Shown here in pieces: positions 26,668 through 40,730 of a DNA stretch of 64,000 bases (position 1 is the first letter of the stretch; each line of letters begins with the position of its first letter). A program made the translations under genes and the position numbers. The DNA comes from Octopus vulgaris (taxonomy: Eukaryota). Where the stretch lies: positions 119,474,001 to 119,538,000 of the forward strand of contig OX597820.1 in the NCBI GenBank assembly GCA_951406725.2. The letters are read 5' to 3'. The notes beneath the pieces were generated by a model that searched no databases, was not told the DNA's origin, and was given only the letters and a program-made list of their open reading frames with translations.

Positions 26668-27489
26668 TATATATATGTGTGTATATATATATATATACAT
26701 ATATATATAGTATAAATTTTGTGTATGTATGTACGTGTATACATACACACACACACGAACACATACACACACATGTATATATATATATATATATGAGAGA
26801 GGTGACAGACAGACAGACAGATAGAGTGGGTGAGAGAGAAAGGAGGGGAAGAGAGAGTAAGACTGGGAGAATTGAAGAAAGAGACACACGCAAGTATGAG
26901 TGCGTAGCAAAGAAGTTCGCTTCAGAGCAGAAGAGTCCTGTTTCGATCATAAGCCAGAGCAGCTCGGTTAAATGCATCCATCATATCTAAACAAACTCAT
27001 ACAAATATTTGAGTGTGCTTCAGGGAGTGCATATGATTGAGTGCCGGGGTGAGTTGGCTTTTGTGTTTGTTTTTCATTAACAGCATTAGAAATACCCTGA
27101 GCCAGAGAATGCCACATTAGATTCCTATATTTTACGACGCTTCAGTATTTACGACAAAAATCAAAACAAATATTATTTACTTCATACAGGTGGACAGAAA
27201 AAAGAAAAGCATCCATATGTGGATGCTAATCGAGAATGTAGTGAGAATGCTATAAACTTTATAATACTAGTTTCGTTTTCAATATTGATTCCTGTAAATT
27301 TTCCAATGAATATCTCCAACGAAAAAAAAAATCTATCTTTTCGTCTTGGATAGTGTTTGTATATTTGTATGCAAAGACCTTTCACATACACACAATTATT
27401 TGTGCCTTTTTCTCTTATGCATAAATTTCCTTCGGCAGTGGGGCTCGCATTCAGGAGTTTCAGGGTTTTGAAGTGTGTGAAAACACAAC

Positions 27490-27975
27490 TTATTCACTAG
27501 GCTTCCCAGGTCTTCTCTGACCCGGAGTTGTACCATTGTCAGAATAACAGTAATGGCTTCATTAGCAGGATGTGGAAGAAACGAAACTTCTCTGCTCAGC
27601 AAAAGGAAAAAGCTAAAGGAGCCAACCTCGACCGCAACACAAGAGAGTGAAAGACTGCAGGTGGTTCGGAGCACCTCTTTAGCACCCTTGCGGTAGGTCC
27701 AGTTTAGTTGAAGATCTCCAACCGTGTAAGGCAATTCGCCTAAGAAAAGCCACTGGTGACAACCTGCTGGAAACTACATCCGTCCTAGCCTGCTGAGACA
27801 TTATGGTCCAACCTCTGAGTTTAAAGAATGAGAACATATTGTGCTGACTGACTTTCAATTTAAAACTGAGGCAAGAAAAGATCTTGGGCGTCAAGGACCG
27901 GTTTACAATGGCACTTGAGGAGGAGCCTCTCTTCGTCATGATTCTCGGACCTGAAGAAACTGCCATCATCATCAC
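27490..27975 (+). mobile_element. RTE (BovB-like) derived element: 3' end with zinc-finger remnant and (CAT)n tail, probably bipartite
   Basis: RSWASRTGLQWHLR resembles the RTE C-terminal 'R.C.SRIGL.SHLR'; ends GAAACTGC(CAT)n; upstream part is non-coding. Confidence 0.5.
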
Positions 27976-27996
27976 CTCTCTCTCTATCTCTCACAT

Positions 27997-28211
27997 GAAT
28001 GGAAGAACTCCGTCGGTTACGACGACGAGGGTTCCGGTTGATCCGATCAACGGAACAGCCTGCTCGTGAAATTAACGTGTAAGTGGCTGAGCACTCCACA
28101 GACACGTGTACCCTTAACGTAGTTCTCGGGGATATTCAGCGTGACACAGAGAGTGACAAGGCCGGCCCTTTGAAATACAGGTACAACAGGTACTCTTTCA
28201 CCACAACTTTC
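27997..28211 (-). mobile_element. SINE family C 3' part with 5' inversion
   Basis: Near-identical to 30270-30465; 22 nt (28190-28211) in opposite orientation; TSD ATCTCTCACAT (27986-27996, 28212-28222). Confidence 0.9.
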
Positions 28212-28217
28212 ATCTCT

Positions 28218-28251
<34 letters not shown>

Positions 28252-28709
28252 ACCACACACAAATACACACACATGCATGCATTCTAGCTGTTGTACGCAC
28301 TTCTTTCATGCAATCCAGAAAGGTCTCTGCAACCACCGGATGATGCAACTGCCCTTAGAAATTGCATTTATATACCATAAAACGCCCCACCCCCAACACT
28401 CTGGAAATCAGCTGATTAGCTGGAACCCCGCCAGTTTTAACTACTGCTGGTCACATGTGTGCTTCACTCTTGAAGCCTATTTGAAACAGGTCGGGCAATG
28501 ACTGAAACTATCCATCATCATTAATATAGCAAAAAATGTCCACTGCCTAAGTTCATCCATTTCGTTCAATTATGTTTTGTGGTGAGGAGGATGTCTCGGC
28601 AACGAGCAATTCATGCAAAAACTATCTAAATTCACTCCCCAACACCAACAACAGGGTAACATCCGACCAGTGAAACAACACCTACAATGTCAATATTCAA
28701 AAGCGTATA

Positions 28710-28943
28710 TAAATCTTTACTACATACAAGGGGTGAAACACAGATGGGACAAACAAGAACAGACAAACGGATTAAGTCGATTACATCGACACCAGTGCGT
28801 AACTGGTACTTAATTTATCGACACCGAAATGATGAAAGGCAAAGTCGACTTTGGCGGAATTTGAACTCGGAACGTAACGACAGACGAAATACAGCCACGC
28901 ATTTCGCCCAGCGTGCTAACGTTTCTGCCAGCTCGCCGCCCTA
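28710..28943 (-). mobile_element. SINE family B, full length
   Basis: 18-bp TSD AATATTCAAAAGCGTATA (28692-28709, 28944-28961). Confidence 0.93.
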
Positions 28944-28963
28944 AATATTCAAAAGCGTATAAG

Positions 28964-29150
28964 TGAGGCCAGCTGATAGAACCGTTTGCACGACGAACAA
29001 ATGCTTAACGGCATTTCGTCCGTCTTTGAGACTTGGAGATTTTCATCCTTTTGGGGGTCGATAAAAATAAGTGCCAGTTGAGCACAGGTTCCAATGTAGT
29101 CGAGTTGCTCCCAGCTCGGAAATTTCTGGCTTTGTGCCAAAATTTGAAAC
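28964..29150 (+). mobile_element. Older SINE-B-related element with a different tail
   Basis: TTTCATCCTTTTGGGGGTCGATAAAAATAAGTGCCAG domain; tail TTTGTGCCAAAATTTGAAAC; flanked by AATATT(C/T)AAAAGCGTATAAG. Confidence 0.8.
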
Positions 29151-29577
29151 CAATATTTAAAAGCGTATAAGATCAATTCCTGCATCTTACAACTCTCAAC
29201 CATCCTGCATTCCAAATAAGAGCCGTTACTTTTGTTGATCCTTTGCCAAAACAATTTTCCATAAATTTCCAGAAACCTCTCAGCCACTACATTACAAAAT
29301 ATGCGATTTCAGTGATGATAAACTTAGCAAGTGGGTGCCAGTGAGTACATGCTACTGACGAGGTTGAAAGAGGCCGAAATGCGTATCTAACATGGTTACT
29401 GCAGAGAATGGATAACTTTCGTCTGCTACCGATATATTTCTATTTTTAAACACAGAAAGTACATAAGAGATATTATCTCGGGATGAATGGTGCAGTTTGC
29501 TTTTCATTATTTATTCGCATTAAATATGACGCACAGATAGCTATTTTAAATTAATGCTTGCATACATACATACATAT

Positions 29578-29660
<83 letters not shown>

Positions 29661-30078
29661 GACCTTATTTTAAATGCTTTCAAGGTCTATAAAATTAGTA
29701 CCACCTAGGCACTAGGGGTCGACGTAATCCACTTAATCCGCTCCTCCGAAGTTACTGAACTTGTTCTAAATGTTGGAACCAAGACTTATGTCTAAAAATG
29801 GAATCAGTTTGCTTAAACTGTTATTTGTACTTTACGGAAAACGCTTTAACTTTCAAATTACCGTAGGTAAGTCAAATCTACTTATTTGTTGCCTTATGCG
29901 TGTGTGTATGCATAAGCACAGTTGCACATGTATAAGTGCAATTATACAAACATATATGCATACAAACACTTGCACCGCGTAAGAGTCAAGTTGTGAGTGA
30001 TTGAGGAAGATCGAACTGCGCATGCACTGTACTAGTACATATTCTGCAACTGCTGTGAGAACTATGATAATGGGAAAT

Positions 30079-30467
30079 TGTGGAGGCGCAATGGCCCAGT
30101 GGTTAGGACAGCGGACTCGCGGTCATAGGATCGCGGTTTCGATTACCAGACTGGGTGTTGTGAGTGTTTATTGAGCGAAAACACCTAAAAGCTCCACGAG
30201 GCTCCGGCAGGGGATGGTGGTGATCCCTGCTGTACTCTTTCACCACAACTTTCTCTCACTCTTACTTCCTGTTTCTGTTGTACCTGTATTTCAAAGGACC
30301 GGCCTTGTCACTCTCTGTGTCACGCTGAATATCCCCGAGAACTACGTTAAGGGTACACGTGTCTGTGGAGTGCTCAGCCACTTACACGTTAATTTCACGA
30401 GCAGGCTGTTCCGTTGATTCGGATCAACCGGAACCCTATCGTCGTAACTGATGGAGTGCTTCCATCC
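30079..30467 (+). mobile_element. SINE family C, full length, tail type 1
   Basis: tRNA head GGAGGCGCAATGGCCCAGTGGTTAGG..GGTTTCGATT; TSD AATGGGAAAT (30069-30078, 30468-30477). Confidence 0.93.
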
Positions 30468-30863
30468 AATGGGAAATAATCTACCTTACTCACGGACGCA
30501 AGGTGCCGCATCGTCCAGAAATGTAAACCAAGATGTTATGATCATGAACCATATACGTTATTCACTTGGCCAAACAATCTGAATGTCTTTGTAAAAACTT
30601 GAATTATAATTGTTAGAATCAAAATATTGGACGAATATCAGATGTAAAGTTGACATGTTCTTAATTAGTATCAAGTGCCAAAGGTTCAACGGGTGAAATG
30701 TGAAGACTTAAGAAGTAATTTAAGGATTAGGTCTATATATATATATATGAAATATTATATTGGGAAAAGTTCCCAAATCTATAAATCGATCTATCTATCT
30801 ATCTATCTATCTATAATATCTGTCATTCACTCTCTCTCATACATACATACATACATACATACA

Positions 30864-31246
<383 letters not shown>

Positions 31247-31446
31247 CACGCGCACATACATTTATAATAGTATCGACATAAAGCACATTCTAAATTTAAC
31301 ATCTTACTCCAGGCGGGTACAAAATTATATATTAGCACACACACGAAGACTCTTATACACTTATGAACGCGAACACAGCCACCCAAGCGCAGGTGATGTA
31401 ACATTGCACTGACATATAACTGCGTGTGTTAATACATATGCATATG

Positions 31447-32073
31447 AGGCAGCTAGCTGGCAGAAACATTAGCGCACCAGGCGACGTTACGTTGTGAGTT
31501 CAAATTCCGCCGATGTCAACTTTGCCTTTCATCCTTTCGGGGTCGATTAAATAAGTACCAGTTACGCACTGGGTCGATAAAATCGACTTTGCTTTTAATC
31601 CTTTCGGGGTCGATAAATTAAGTACCAATTACGAACTGGGGTCGATGTGATCGACTTAATACCTATGTTTGTCCTTGTTTGTCCCCTCAATGTTTAGCCC
31701 CTTGTGGGTAATAAAAAAGTAGGTATTTCGTCTGCCGCTACATTCTGAGTTCAAATTCCGCCCAGGTCAACTTTGCCTTTCAATATTTCGGTGTCGATTA
31801 AATAAGTACCAGTTACGCACTGGGGTCGATATATCGACTTAATCCGTTTGTCTGTCCTTGTTTGTTCCCTCTGTGTTTAGCCCCTTGTGCGTAGTAAAGA
31901 AATAGGTATTTGGTCTGTCTTTACGTTCTGGGTTCAAATTCCAGCGAGGTCGACTTTGATTCTTATCCTCACCGGGTCGATGAATTAATTGCCAGTTGCG
32001 TACTGGGGTTGATCTTATCGATTTTTTGCGTCCCCGAGAATTTTGAGCCTTGTGGCCAGAGTAGAAAAGAATA
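31447..32073 (+). mobile_element. SINE family B trimer
   Basis: Junctions tail|GGTATTT at 31721/31722 and 31904/31905; unit 1 has a duplicated central domain; unit 3 is diverged with another tail. Confidence 0.92.
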
Positions 32074-32926
32074 TATATATATATATTATGTACGTGTGCA
32101 TGTAATATATATATATGTATATATATTATTGTATCTAATATGTGGGCTGCGATCTATACATTCATACACACACACACACACACACAGATATATATGTATA
32201 AAAGCAAGCAGACACACAAATGGTTGTCTCGATCATACATATATATCCCTATACACATCTGCATACAAACGCTGTTTCCCATTCACACCGAAGAGGAAAG
32301 TAACATACCAATTCTAGCTTGACATCTTGCACTCTAGTTTGAGAAGCCACCCTGTTACAATCGAAATAAAAGGTCAACAAAGATGAATCTGAAGAAAGAT
32401 AAACATAAATAACAATGTTTAATACATCAAATCCTTTTTCTTGGCATCTTTCATATAATTTTGGCAAAGCAAAAGAGATTCGAGCGCATACGCGTTACAA
32501 GCCAGTAGTTTGATTTCCAGTTAAGTAAAACGTTAAACATATTCATAAAAAAAAACTCCTATAATAACAACGTACCTTAAGCAAATAGCAGCATATATGC
32601 ACCATGGGTATGATGATGATGATGATGATGATATTAATAATATGAAATAAATAACGAAAACTATGAATAGCCTGTGTAACAAGAAAGAAAAGATGCAAAA
32701 ATCGATTTAACAGAACTGTCATAACAAAACTGTATCTAGTATGTTGGTTGGCATCTATCTGTTACAGCAAATACAGTTTATGTTTTAAGTTTCGCATTAA
32801 AACCAGACATATTTATGACACACTAATGTCATAAATAGAGTGTTTCTAGCTTTATTTGTTTCTAACGCTTTGTTCGATTGGCTGTCTTTTCAGTTTAAGT
32901 ATGTATGTGTGTGTGTATATACATAG

Positions 32927-32965
<39 letters not shown>

Positions 32966-33114
32966 CGCTCTCTTTCAAATAGACACGCACACACATACAC
33001 ACACACACACACATACATATGCGTGTGTGCATGCAAGCACGCGTGTGAATATAAATACACACACGCACAAACACGAATGTATTTACATATATTTATACGT
33101 AGAGAGCAACATAC

Positions 33115-33630
<516 letters not shown>

Positions 33631-33906
33631 ATGTTTTACGAGGTAATGGTTGAATTGAACAATATAATTCTCCATATGTTTAGATATGTATCATTAAGTC
33701 CTAATCCATCTAAAATTGATTACAATTCAGGAGAGGGTTAATTAACGAAATCAATAACATTGAATATAAATACAAAAGTTTAAGATTTTTTTTTAATGTT
33801 ATTGATGACACAACATATATTACAGTTACGAAAATTAACTGTTAATCTCTACAGATCCAAGTCAGTAGCAGGAGGATGTACATACATACATGCATGCATA
33901 CATACA

Positions 33907-33986
<80 letters not shown>

Positions 33987-34138
33987 CATATATATATGTA
34001 TATATATGTATGTATATATATATATATACACACATATATACATATATATACATATATATATAGATATACATATACATATACATATATATATAATTTATAT
34101 ATATACAATTTATATATATATATATATATATATATACA

Positions 34139-34300
34139 AAATGGGACAAGAACGCAAAACATTCAAATAGACGATGCAAAAAACGGACAGGTCATTTGAA
34201 GCCTCTAATCTTCAGTCAAGAACCGGATCATCCTCGCAATTTCGGCTGATTAATCTTGAGATTACTCCGATCAGGCCATCCCCAAGGAAAAACTAAGCTT
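34139..34300. repeat. Dispersed repeat of unknown class (second copy ~38950-39070)
   Basis: Shared AATCTTCAGTCA..AACCGGATCATC..AATTTCGGCTGATTAAT..CCCAAGGAAAAACTAAGC. Confidence 0.8.
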
Positions 34301-34309
34301 AGTACACTA

Positions 34310-34685
34310 CAAATAACAATAGATGGATAGTAGTTCATTCACTGAAGCTGTTTCAGAGATTTTTTTTTTTATTTAAGAATATAATTATTACATCGTAGGT
34401 AAAAATCCGTTTTCATCAGGTGAATATATGCTGGAATTAAATATTAAGCAACAATGTTTAAACCCAAGTATATGGCATTTCATGAGTCTCTGGCGAACTT
34501 CATTCAGAGTCATGAAATGTCGCACAAATGGATTTTTGAAATGTTTATTTTGAAATGTTTAATTCATGAATATATCCACCTAATGAAACGCTTCTTTCTC
34601 TCATGATGTAATAGTTCTATTCATCAATGAAAACACGTCTGAAACAGCTGTAGTGTGTGAACCACTTTCCAGCTGTAGTTATTCG
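34310..34685. repeat. Old ~370-bp imperfect foldback (MITE-like)
   Basis: AGCTGTTTCAGA/TCTGAAACAGCT, TTTCATCAGGTGAATATAT/ATATATCCACCTAATGAAA and CATTTCATGA/TCATGAAATG pair symmetrically. Confidence 0.75.
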
Positions 34686-35007
34686 GTTATTATTTATGTT
34701 ACTTGGAACCAGCAATTAACGTAGATGTTGAGTCTATTGACTACAGCACATTTACAGCCATGCAATGAGGCTGAGACCAGAAACGCGTGTTTGGGAGGCA
34801 AACTTCTTACACCACAGTCACGCTGCCTTGAGACTCGTCGAATATTTAATTGGCAATATATGATTGTATGTACAACTAGAATATATATCCTTATTTACTT
34901 CGGTACGTACGTATATGTTCCACTAACATTGTTTTGTAAGCGATAGCGACTTCTCTAACCCGACCTTTGTGCTTCAATATTTAAGGACCTGATTCACTTG
35001 AATTCTA

Positions 35008-35420
35008 AGGAGTGGCTGTGTGGTAAGTAGCTTACTTACCAACCACATGGTTCCAGATTCAGTCCCATTGCGTGGCACCTTGGGTAAGTGTCTTCTACTA
35101 TAGTCTCGGGCCGACCAAAGCCTTGTGAGTGGATTTGGTTGACGGAAACTGAAAGAAGCCCGTCGTATATATGTATATATATATATGTGTGTGTGTGTGT
35201 GTTTGTGTGTCTATGTTTGTCCCCCCAACATCACTTGACAACCGATGATGATGTGTTTACGTCCACGTAACTTAGCGGTTCGGCAAAAAGAGACCGATAG
35301 AATAAGTACTAGGCTTACAAAGAATAAGTCCCGGGGTCGATTAGCTCGACTAAAGGCGGTGCTCCAGCATGGCCACAGTCACATGACTGAAACAAGTTAA
35401 AGAGTGAAGAGTAAAGAGTA
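35008..35420 (+). mobile_element. SINE family A
   Basis: Head, body and tail as in other copies. Confidence 0.95.
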
Positions 35421-35548
35421 TGTAGATACAGTAATCTTTCGACTATCACGGGTCTTACGTTCCAATACCCCACGCAATTGGTGTAAATCCGCGAAGTAGA
35501 AACAATACTGTACTGCATTTATATTATTATTTTTATAATTTATATATA

Positions 35549-35944
35549 TCTTTATATATAAAAGTGAGGTTGTGTGCTGCCTGTCTCCTACGATTTAGAT
35601 TCCTAACTACTCCCACATTTTGCGGTGCAGTTTAATCAAAACCGGGTATCTTATAGTCGTGATTCATATCGAGCCCTTCTGGGTATTAGCGCGCGTCTAC
35701 GATGAGTCTACGATTAAAAAAAAAATTACCATCAATTTTTCCCATTTTTAATGAAATTTTGGCATATATAAGGGAAGTAACTCTCTAAAAATTTATTATT
35801 AAATCTCAGAACGTAAAAAGCTACAGTAACACCCAGCCCTATGTGGTTAGACATATTGAGATGGCTATTATACTTTACATCTCTAAAAATGCTTATATAG
35901 TTATTTCCCTTACAAACCCGAGCAACACCGGGCGATACTGCTAG
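35549..35944 (+). mobile_element. Non-autonomous Helitron
   Basis: A|TCTTTATATATAAAAG start; ACAAACCCGAGCAACACCGGGCGATACTGCTAG|T end. Confidence 0.85.
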
Positions 35945-36135
35945 TTTTATTATAAATTCAAAACAACACCACAGAGAAATCGACGTAAGCTTAAATGATA
36001 ATCGTTGATAGGTGAACCGCTATATGGCGTGGGATTACTGTATATATTAATGTGTGTGTGTATGGATTTATGTATGAAGTGATAATTATCAGCGACTATG
36101 AAATGATTTGTTAATTGTTATATTACGCTGGAAAG

Positions 36136-36453
36136 TGGAGGCACATGGCCTAGTGGTTAGAGCAGCGAACTCGCGATCGAGGGATTGCGCGCCCGAATCT
36201 CAGACAGGGTGATGTGTGTGTTTATGAGCGAAACACCTATGATCCACGCGGCTCCGGCAGAAGGTAATGGCGAAACTTCTGCTGAATCTTTCGCCACACC
36301 TTTCTCTCACTCTTTCCTCCTGCATCTTGCTGCTCATCTGCAACGGACCGGCGTCCCGTCCAGGTGGGGAACCTATACGCCAAGGAAACCGGGAAACCGG
36401 CCCTTATGAGCCAGGCATGGCTCGAGAAGGAACAAACAAACAGCAAAACAAAA
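36136..36453 (+). mobile_element. SINE family C variant, tail type 2 (V-domain-like segment)
   Basis: tRNA head; GGACCGGCGTCCCGTCCAGG segment; TSD ATATTAC(G/A)CTGGAAAG (36120-36135, 36454-36469). Confidence 0.88.
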
Positions 36454-36924
36454 ATATTACACTGGAAAGGGAATTCCCTGCTTAGTTTAAAAGAATTTAT
36501 CTCCAAAGCGGCTTGTTGCTGCTGAGTGTTGTTGCAGCTTCCGTGATAAAAGCGGTAACCATTTTACGTTCAAGTGAAAGAACCTAAGCTCCGGAGCGAG
36601 TCTGAGGATTTCATGCGATGTCGGTCACCATCTGTTCCGAGTCAGTTCTCAGTAGAAGATTAGGATAATAATGAAGTAAAAAAAAAATAAGACGGTTTTT
36701 TAAGGTAATGGTTAGAAACGTCATGCAAAACCAGGTTTTGTGTCTGCATCATTGAGGAAGTTGTTAAGCATGAGATCAATGAAAAACTTATCGAGATTCA
36801 TTATAGGAGAAGCTTGAGTTTTGCAGAAGGCAACTGTGTGAGGTCCATCGTTATACACGCGCATACAAGATACGCACGTTCATTAATATGCGCGTGTGTG
36901 ATCCCTGTTTTTATATATACATTG

Positions 36925-37131
36925 CTTTCTACACAGAGGGGACAAACAAGGACAGACAAAGGGATTAAGTCGATTATATCGACCCCAGTGCGTAACTGGT
37001 ACTTGTTTCATCGACCCCGAAAGGATGAAAGGCAAAGTCGACCTCGGCGTAATTTGAACTCAGAACGTAGCGGCGGATGAATTACTGCTAAGCATTTCGC
37101 CCGGCGTACTAGCGTTTCTGCCAGCTCGCCA
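36925..37131 (-). mobile_element. SINE family B
   Basis: Central domain and head ..CTGCCAGCTCGCC. Confidence 0.9.
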
Positions 37132-37340
37132 TATTATGTGGGAAATTGACAGAAAGAATATCATGAAATTGTCCTGTAGATTAGCGTATCTAAGTATCTA
37201 ACCGCCAGAATCTTTTCAACAAACAAGAAAGAAGGCAGAGTTCTGTTAACAAATCTGGCTAATGTTAAAGCCAAGACAACAATGAGTTTCGTACCTAGAC
37301 AAGTAATACGAGAATCTGTGTGTGAAGGGGTGACGGGAAG

Positions 37341-37378
<38 letters not shown>

Positions 37379-37479
37379 GAGAGAAGTGGATGAGGGTAAG
37401 GTTGGGACAAAAATAAAGGGAAAAGGGAGATGAAGGCTAAGATTATGATTACTGAACTAAAAGCAGGATTAGGATAAGA

Positions 37480-38047
37480 AGGGGGAAAGTTCAGTTCAGC
37501 CCGTTTGTGACATTGTCCAAAATTTGTTTATGAAACATTGATCTTTCCATTTCCATGGTGAGCAGAGATGCCACACTCTGATGAATGGTTAATGGAATGG
37601 CTATTTGTGTTGAAGTGCACAGTGACAGGTTTACTGTCATACGTAATAGTATGGTTCAAATGGACTCTCGACAGCGTTTGGCATGGCGTCGGTTTGTATT
37701 CCACAATAAAATGTGTGCCGCAAAGTTTGCAGAAGATGCAAGAATTAGTGCTGGAATGTGTTCAGCAGACCATTTAGGTAACGTGATGCTGTGACTAAGA
37801 CCTTGTAATGTCTGTGGGGAGTTCACTGGTGGGTTCCGTGTAGCGTCGTTGACGAGCGCACTTCAAAATGTCTGGGGGTGTATAGGGCTGGCGGTAATGG
37901 GACGTTTAAATAGGAGACTGCCTGAGTTTCTATATGTTTTGATGGTGAGGAGAGGTGGTGAGGGAAAATAGTAGCAGTTGGGAGGTACGGGGTATAGGAT
38001 TCGGACGTTGCAGTTGAGTTTAATGGCAGGACTGACGTGTGAATGGT

Positions 38048-38120
<73 letters not shown>

Positions 38121-38215
38121 GAATTTCGTCTGTAGGTGTGTGTAAAAAAGGTAGAAGGTGTGGTCACCGACCTACCACCGTCGCAGCAAGAAGTCCACAA
38201 CTGGAGGGGAGGGTG
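37480..38215 (-). pseudogene. Decayed Penelope-like element ORF (linker + GIY-YIG endonuclease), interrupted by (GA)n
   Basis: Minus-strand translation CIFCKLCGTHFI..(T)NRRHAKRCRE..SKPVTVHFNTNSHS..NGLN fits the PLE EN pattern C..C...YIGET.R.L..RF.EH...PVA.HF....H...GLN. Confidence 0.7.
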
Positions 38216-39698
38216 CGGTCAGTTCAAGTAAAAACTACGTTGCCTGTCCTTTTTTTTTTTACACTTTTGGTTCGTTATTTCATTATCATGTCAGGTTCGA
38301 TTTTATTCGGTTTGGACTATTAATTTTTTTTTGTTTAATTCAATAAACTAAAAGAATTTATTAGCAAACAAATTAGGTTTTCCAACTTTGGAAGCACAAA
38401 ACTATTCATTCTTATTTTAGTTATTTATTTATTTATTTTGAGGAAGTGGGGAGAGAGATTCTACATAGATGTAAAGATGATATAAAAAGTGTCATGCATG
38501 TGAATGGTAACATTCTATCAATCCCCTGAAGAAGGATGAAAGGCAAAAAAAAAAACAACCTCAAAGAGATTCAGTCTTTGAAAGCTGAGACATTAAACAC
38601 TTTATACAAAAATGAGCAAATAAATCTGAAACTGGACAGTGACAGGTTTTTGAACGACAAACACAGGTATATCAAATACCATACAACAAATTTCTTGATT
38701 CGTTAAAATTTGTCAATTTCTAAAAGAATCTATTATAATTACGAAACAGTAATTGAGATCAGCCCCACTTGTAAAGGGGCAAATGTTGTAAAAGACAGGC
38801 TTATTGTCTGGAGATAAGAGAACAGTTGTGGACATGTGTGTTTCGATTTCATTATTGATATAAAGTTTGACACGATTGTTTTTTTCTGTGGATATACATA
38901 TTAACAAGGAATAAAAATATATATAAAGAAACGAGAACGTGAGATACACAAAGGGACGAACACAGCCTTTAATCTTCAGTCAGAAACCGGATCATCATAG
39001 CAAATTTCGGCTGATTAATTCTGATATTTGCTCCAACGCAGCCAGCCCCAAGGAAAAACTAAGCTGTGAGCATTAGATTTCCTGGAAAAAGGAACGAATG
39101 TAAACGCAACAGGGACGAATATAAATACAAAAAACGAAAGCAAAAATAAAAATAAAAACAAGAATGGTTAATAACGGGGTAACAGCAGGTGTCTTACAAC
39201 TTTAGACAAATAGAGACAAATATAACTTATCTAGCAGGCGTGTTTGGAAAAAATTGCCTTTTCGGCAGAGGGGGAACGATGTTGAGTGGGCTGCGGTCAC
39301 CAACATGGAACTTATCTGTATAAACTCTATAAGGGTTTCTCCCTACTATCATCAAATGCTGTTTGTTCATGTGTTATTAGTGTTTGGGATGCCTAAAAAT
39401 CATTTATAAAATCTTTCTCATTTCAACATATAATTTCCTAAGCCTTCTAATTTATAGTGGCTCCAAGATTTATGCCAGATTCCATTACATTTCCGGTGAT
39501 TTTATGCTATTGTACATTTAACTGCTTTAGAATTTCCACCAGATTTTAAGACTGGGTTCAAGCGTTTCTCTGGAACACTTATTTACACATTTCTTCTCTA
39601 AATTAAGCACATTTTTATATCAAGTCATCACGCATGCAAAGACATTGATTAGAATAAATATTTTCTGTTATCTACTGTTATCTATCTATCTATCTATC

Positions 39699-40730
39699 TC
39701 CCGACCCTACCATCACCAAACTAGAAAGCATTATCTTCCGCTTCTTGTGGAAAGGATGCGTCCCGATGGTCAGGCGATCCATTTGCTGTCAACACCCGTT
39801 AAAAGGAGGGCTGGGTATGCCATGGTTGATGATGCGCAGACATGCGCTGAGACTGCGACATCTCCGGCGACATCTATGTAGACGACGGTGAACAGGTGTG
39901 GTCGTCGTTTGTGAGGCACGCGTTCCCGCAGCTCGTCTCCATGACCGAACTGCAGTCGTGGATCAAAAAGAGGCCGAGGAAGGGCGAATGGCACCGCAAG
40001 TGTCGCGTTGCTCTCAAGCAACTCTGCTGTCCCGGGTCGACCTGGAGTGACTTCAACACAACCAAAGCATTCTATAAGGGATTAGTGGAGGGGAGGTACG
40101 ACGACGATCTTGGGGCAAACCTGGGCGTCGACGAAGAATACCTGACCCGCCTGTTTGAAACGACTTTCGAGCCGGGAACTATGGACAACTTCCAGAGATC
40201 CCTGGCCTGGCGGTGCTACCGAGAAGCGCTACCCGTTCGGGATAAGCTCTATAGGCATGGCTCGAGAAACACGGGGCCGACCTGCCCGAGATGCGGGCAG
40301 AGCGACGAAACCGCTCTGCATGCAATCGTGCAGTGTCCAACAATTTCCGACCTGTGGGCTTATGTCGAACAACTGCTGTCACGTGTGGGACGAGTCGGTT
40401 TATTAGCCGAGTCTATCGTCAATATTGTCACGCCTCCTTCCTTCAAACCGGAAGGAAGAGCTATTTTCATCATCCTTGTGGCTATGGCGAAAGAATGTAT
40501 CTGGTGGACGCGTCTGAAAGGTTTGGAGACAAACACTTTCCTCTCTGGTCAACCTCTCATCAACTTCCTCAAGTATCACTTGAAAAAGGAAAGTGAGAGT
40601 AGAGAGGCAAGTTTTGTATAGTGAATGTTTTAAAAAAAGATGGGTGAATTTAGCAAGGATGGCACGCATGAATTTCGAAGCGACCTTGAACATAATCCTA
40701 TGAACCCGGAAATTGAAAACAGCGGGTTAC
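39699..40730 (+). mobile_element. 5'-truncated Tx1-clade LINE ORF2 C-terminal region (post-RT + zf-RVT), frameshifted
   Basis: IIFRFLWKG..VRRSICCQHPLKGGLGMP; FQRSLAWRCYREALPVRDKL..CPRCGQSDETALHAIVQC (ORF 39896-40621). Confidence 0.9.

Noticed and set aside
30081-30155. Functional tRNA genes
   Set aside because: tRNA-like heads run into SINE bodies with TSDs and lack a proper acceptor stem and terminator
31447-32073. CRISPR-like or satellite array
   Set aside because: Units are SINE bodies with no repeat-spacer structure, no cas genes, and the DNA is eukaryotic
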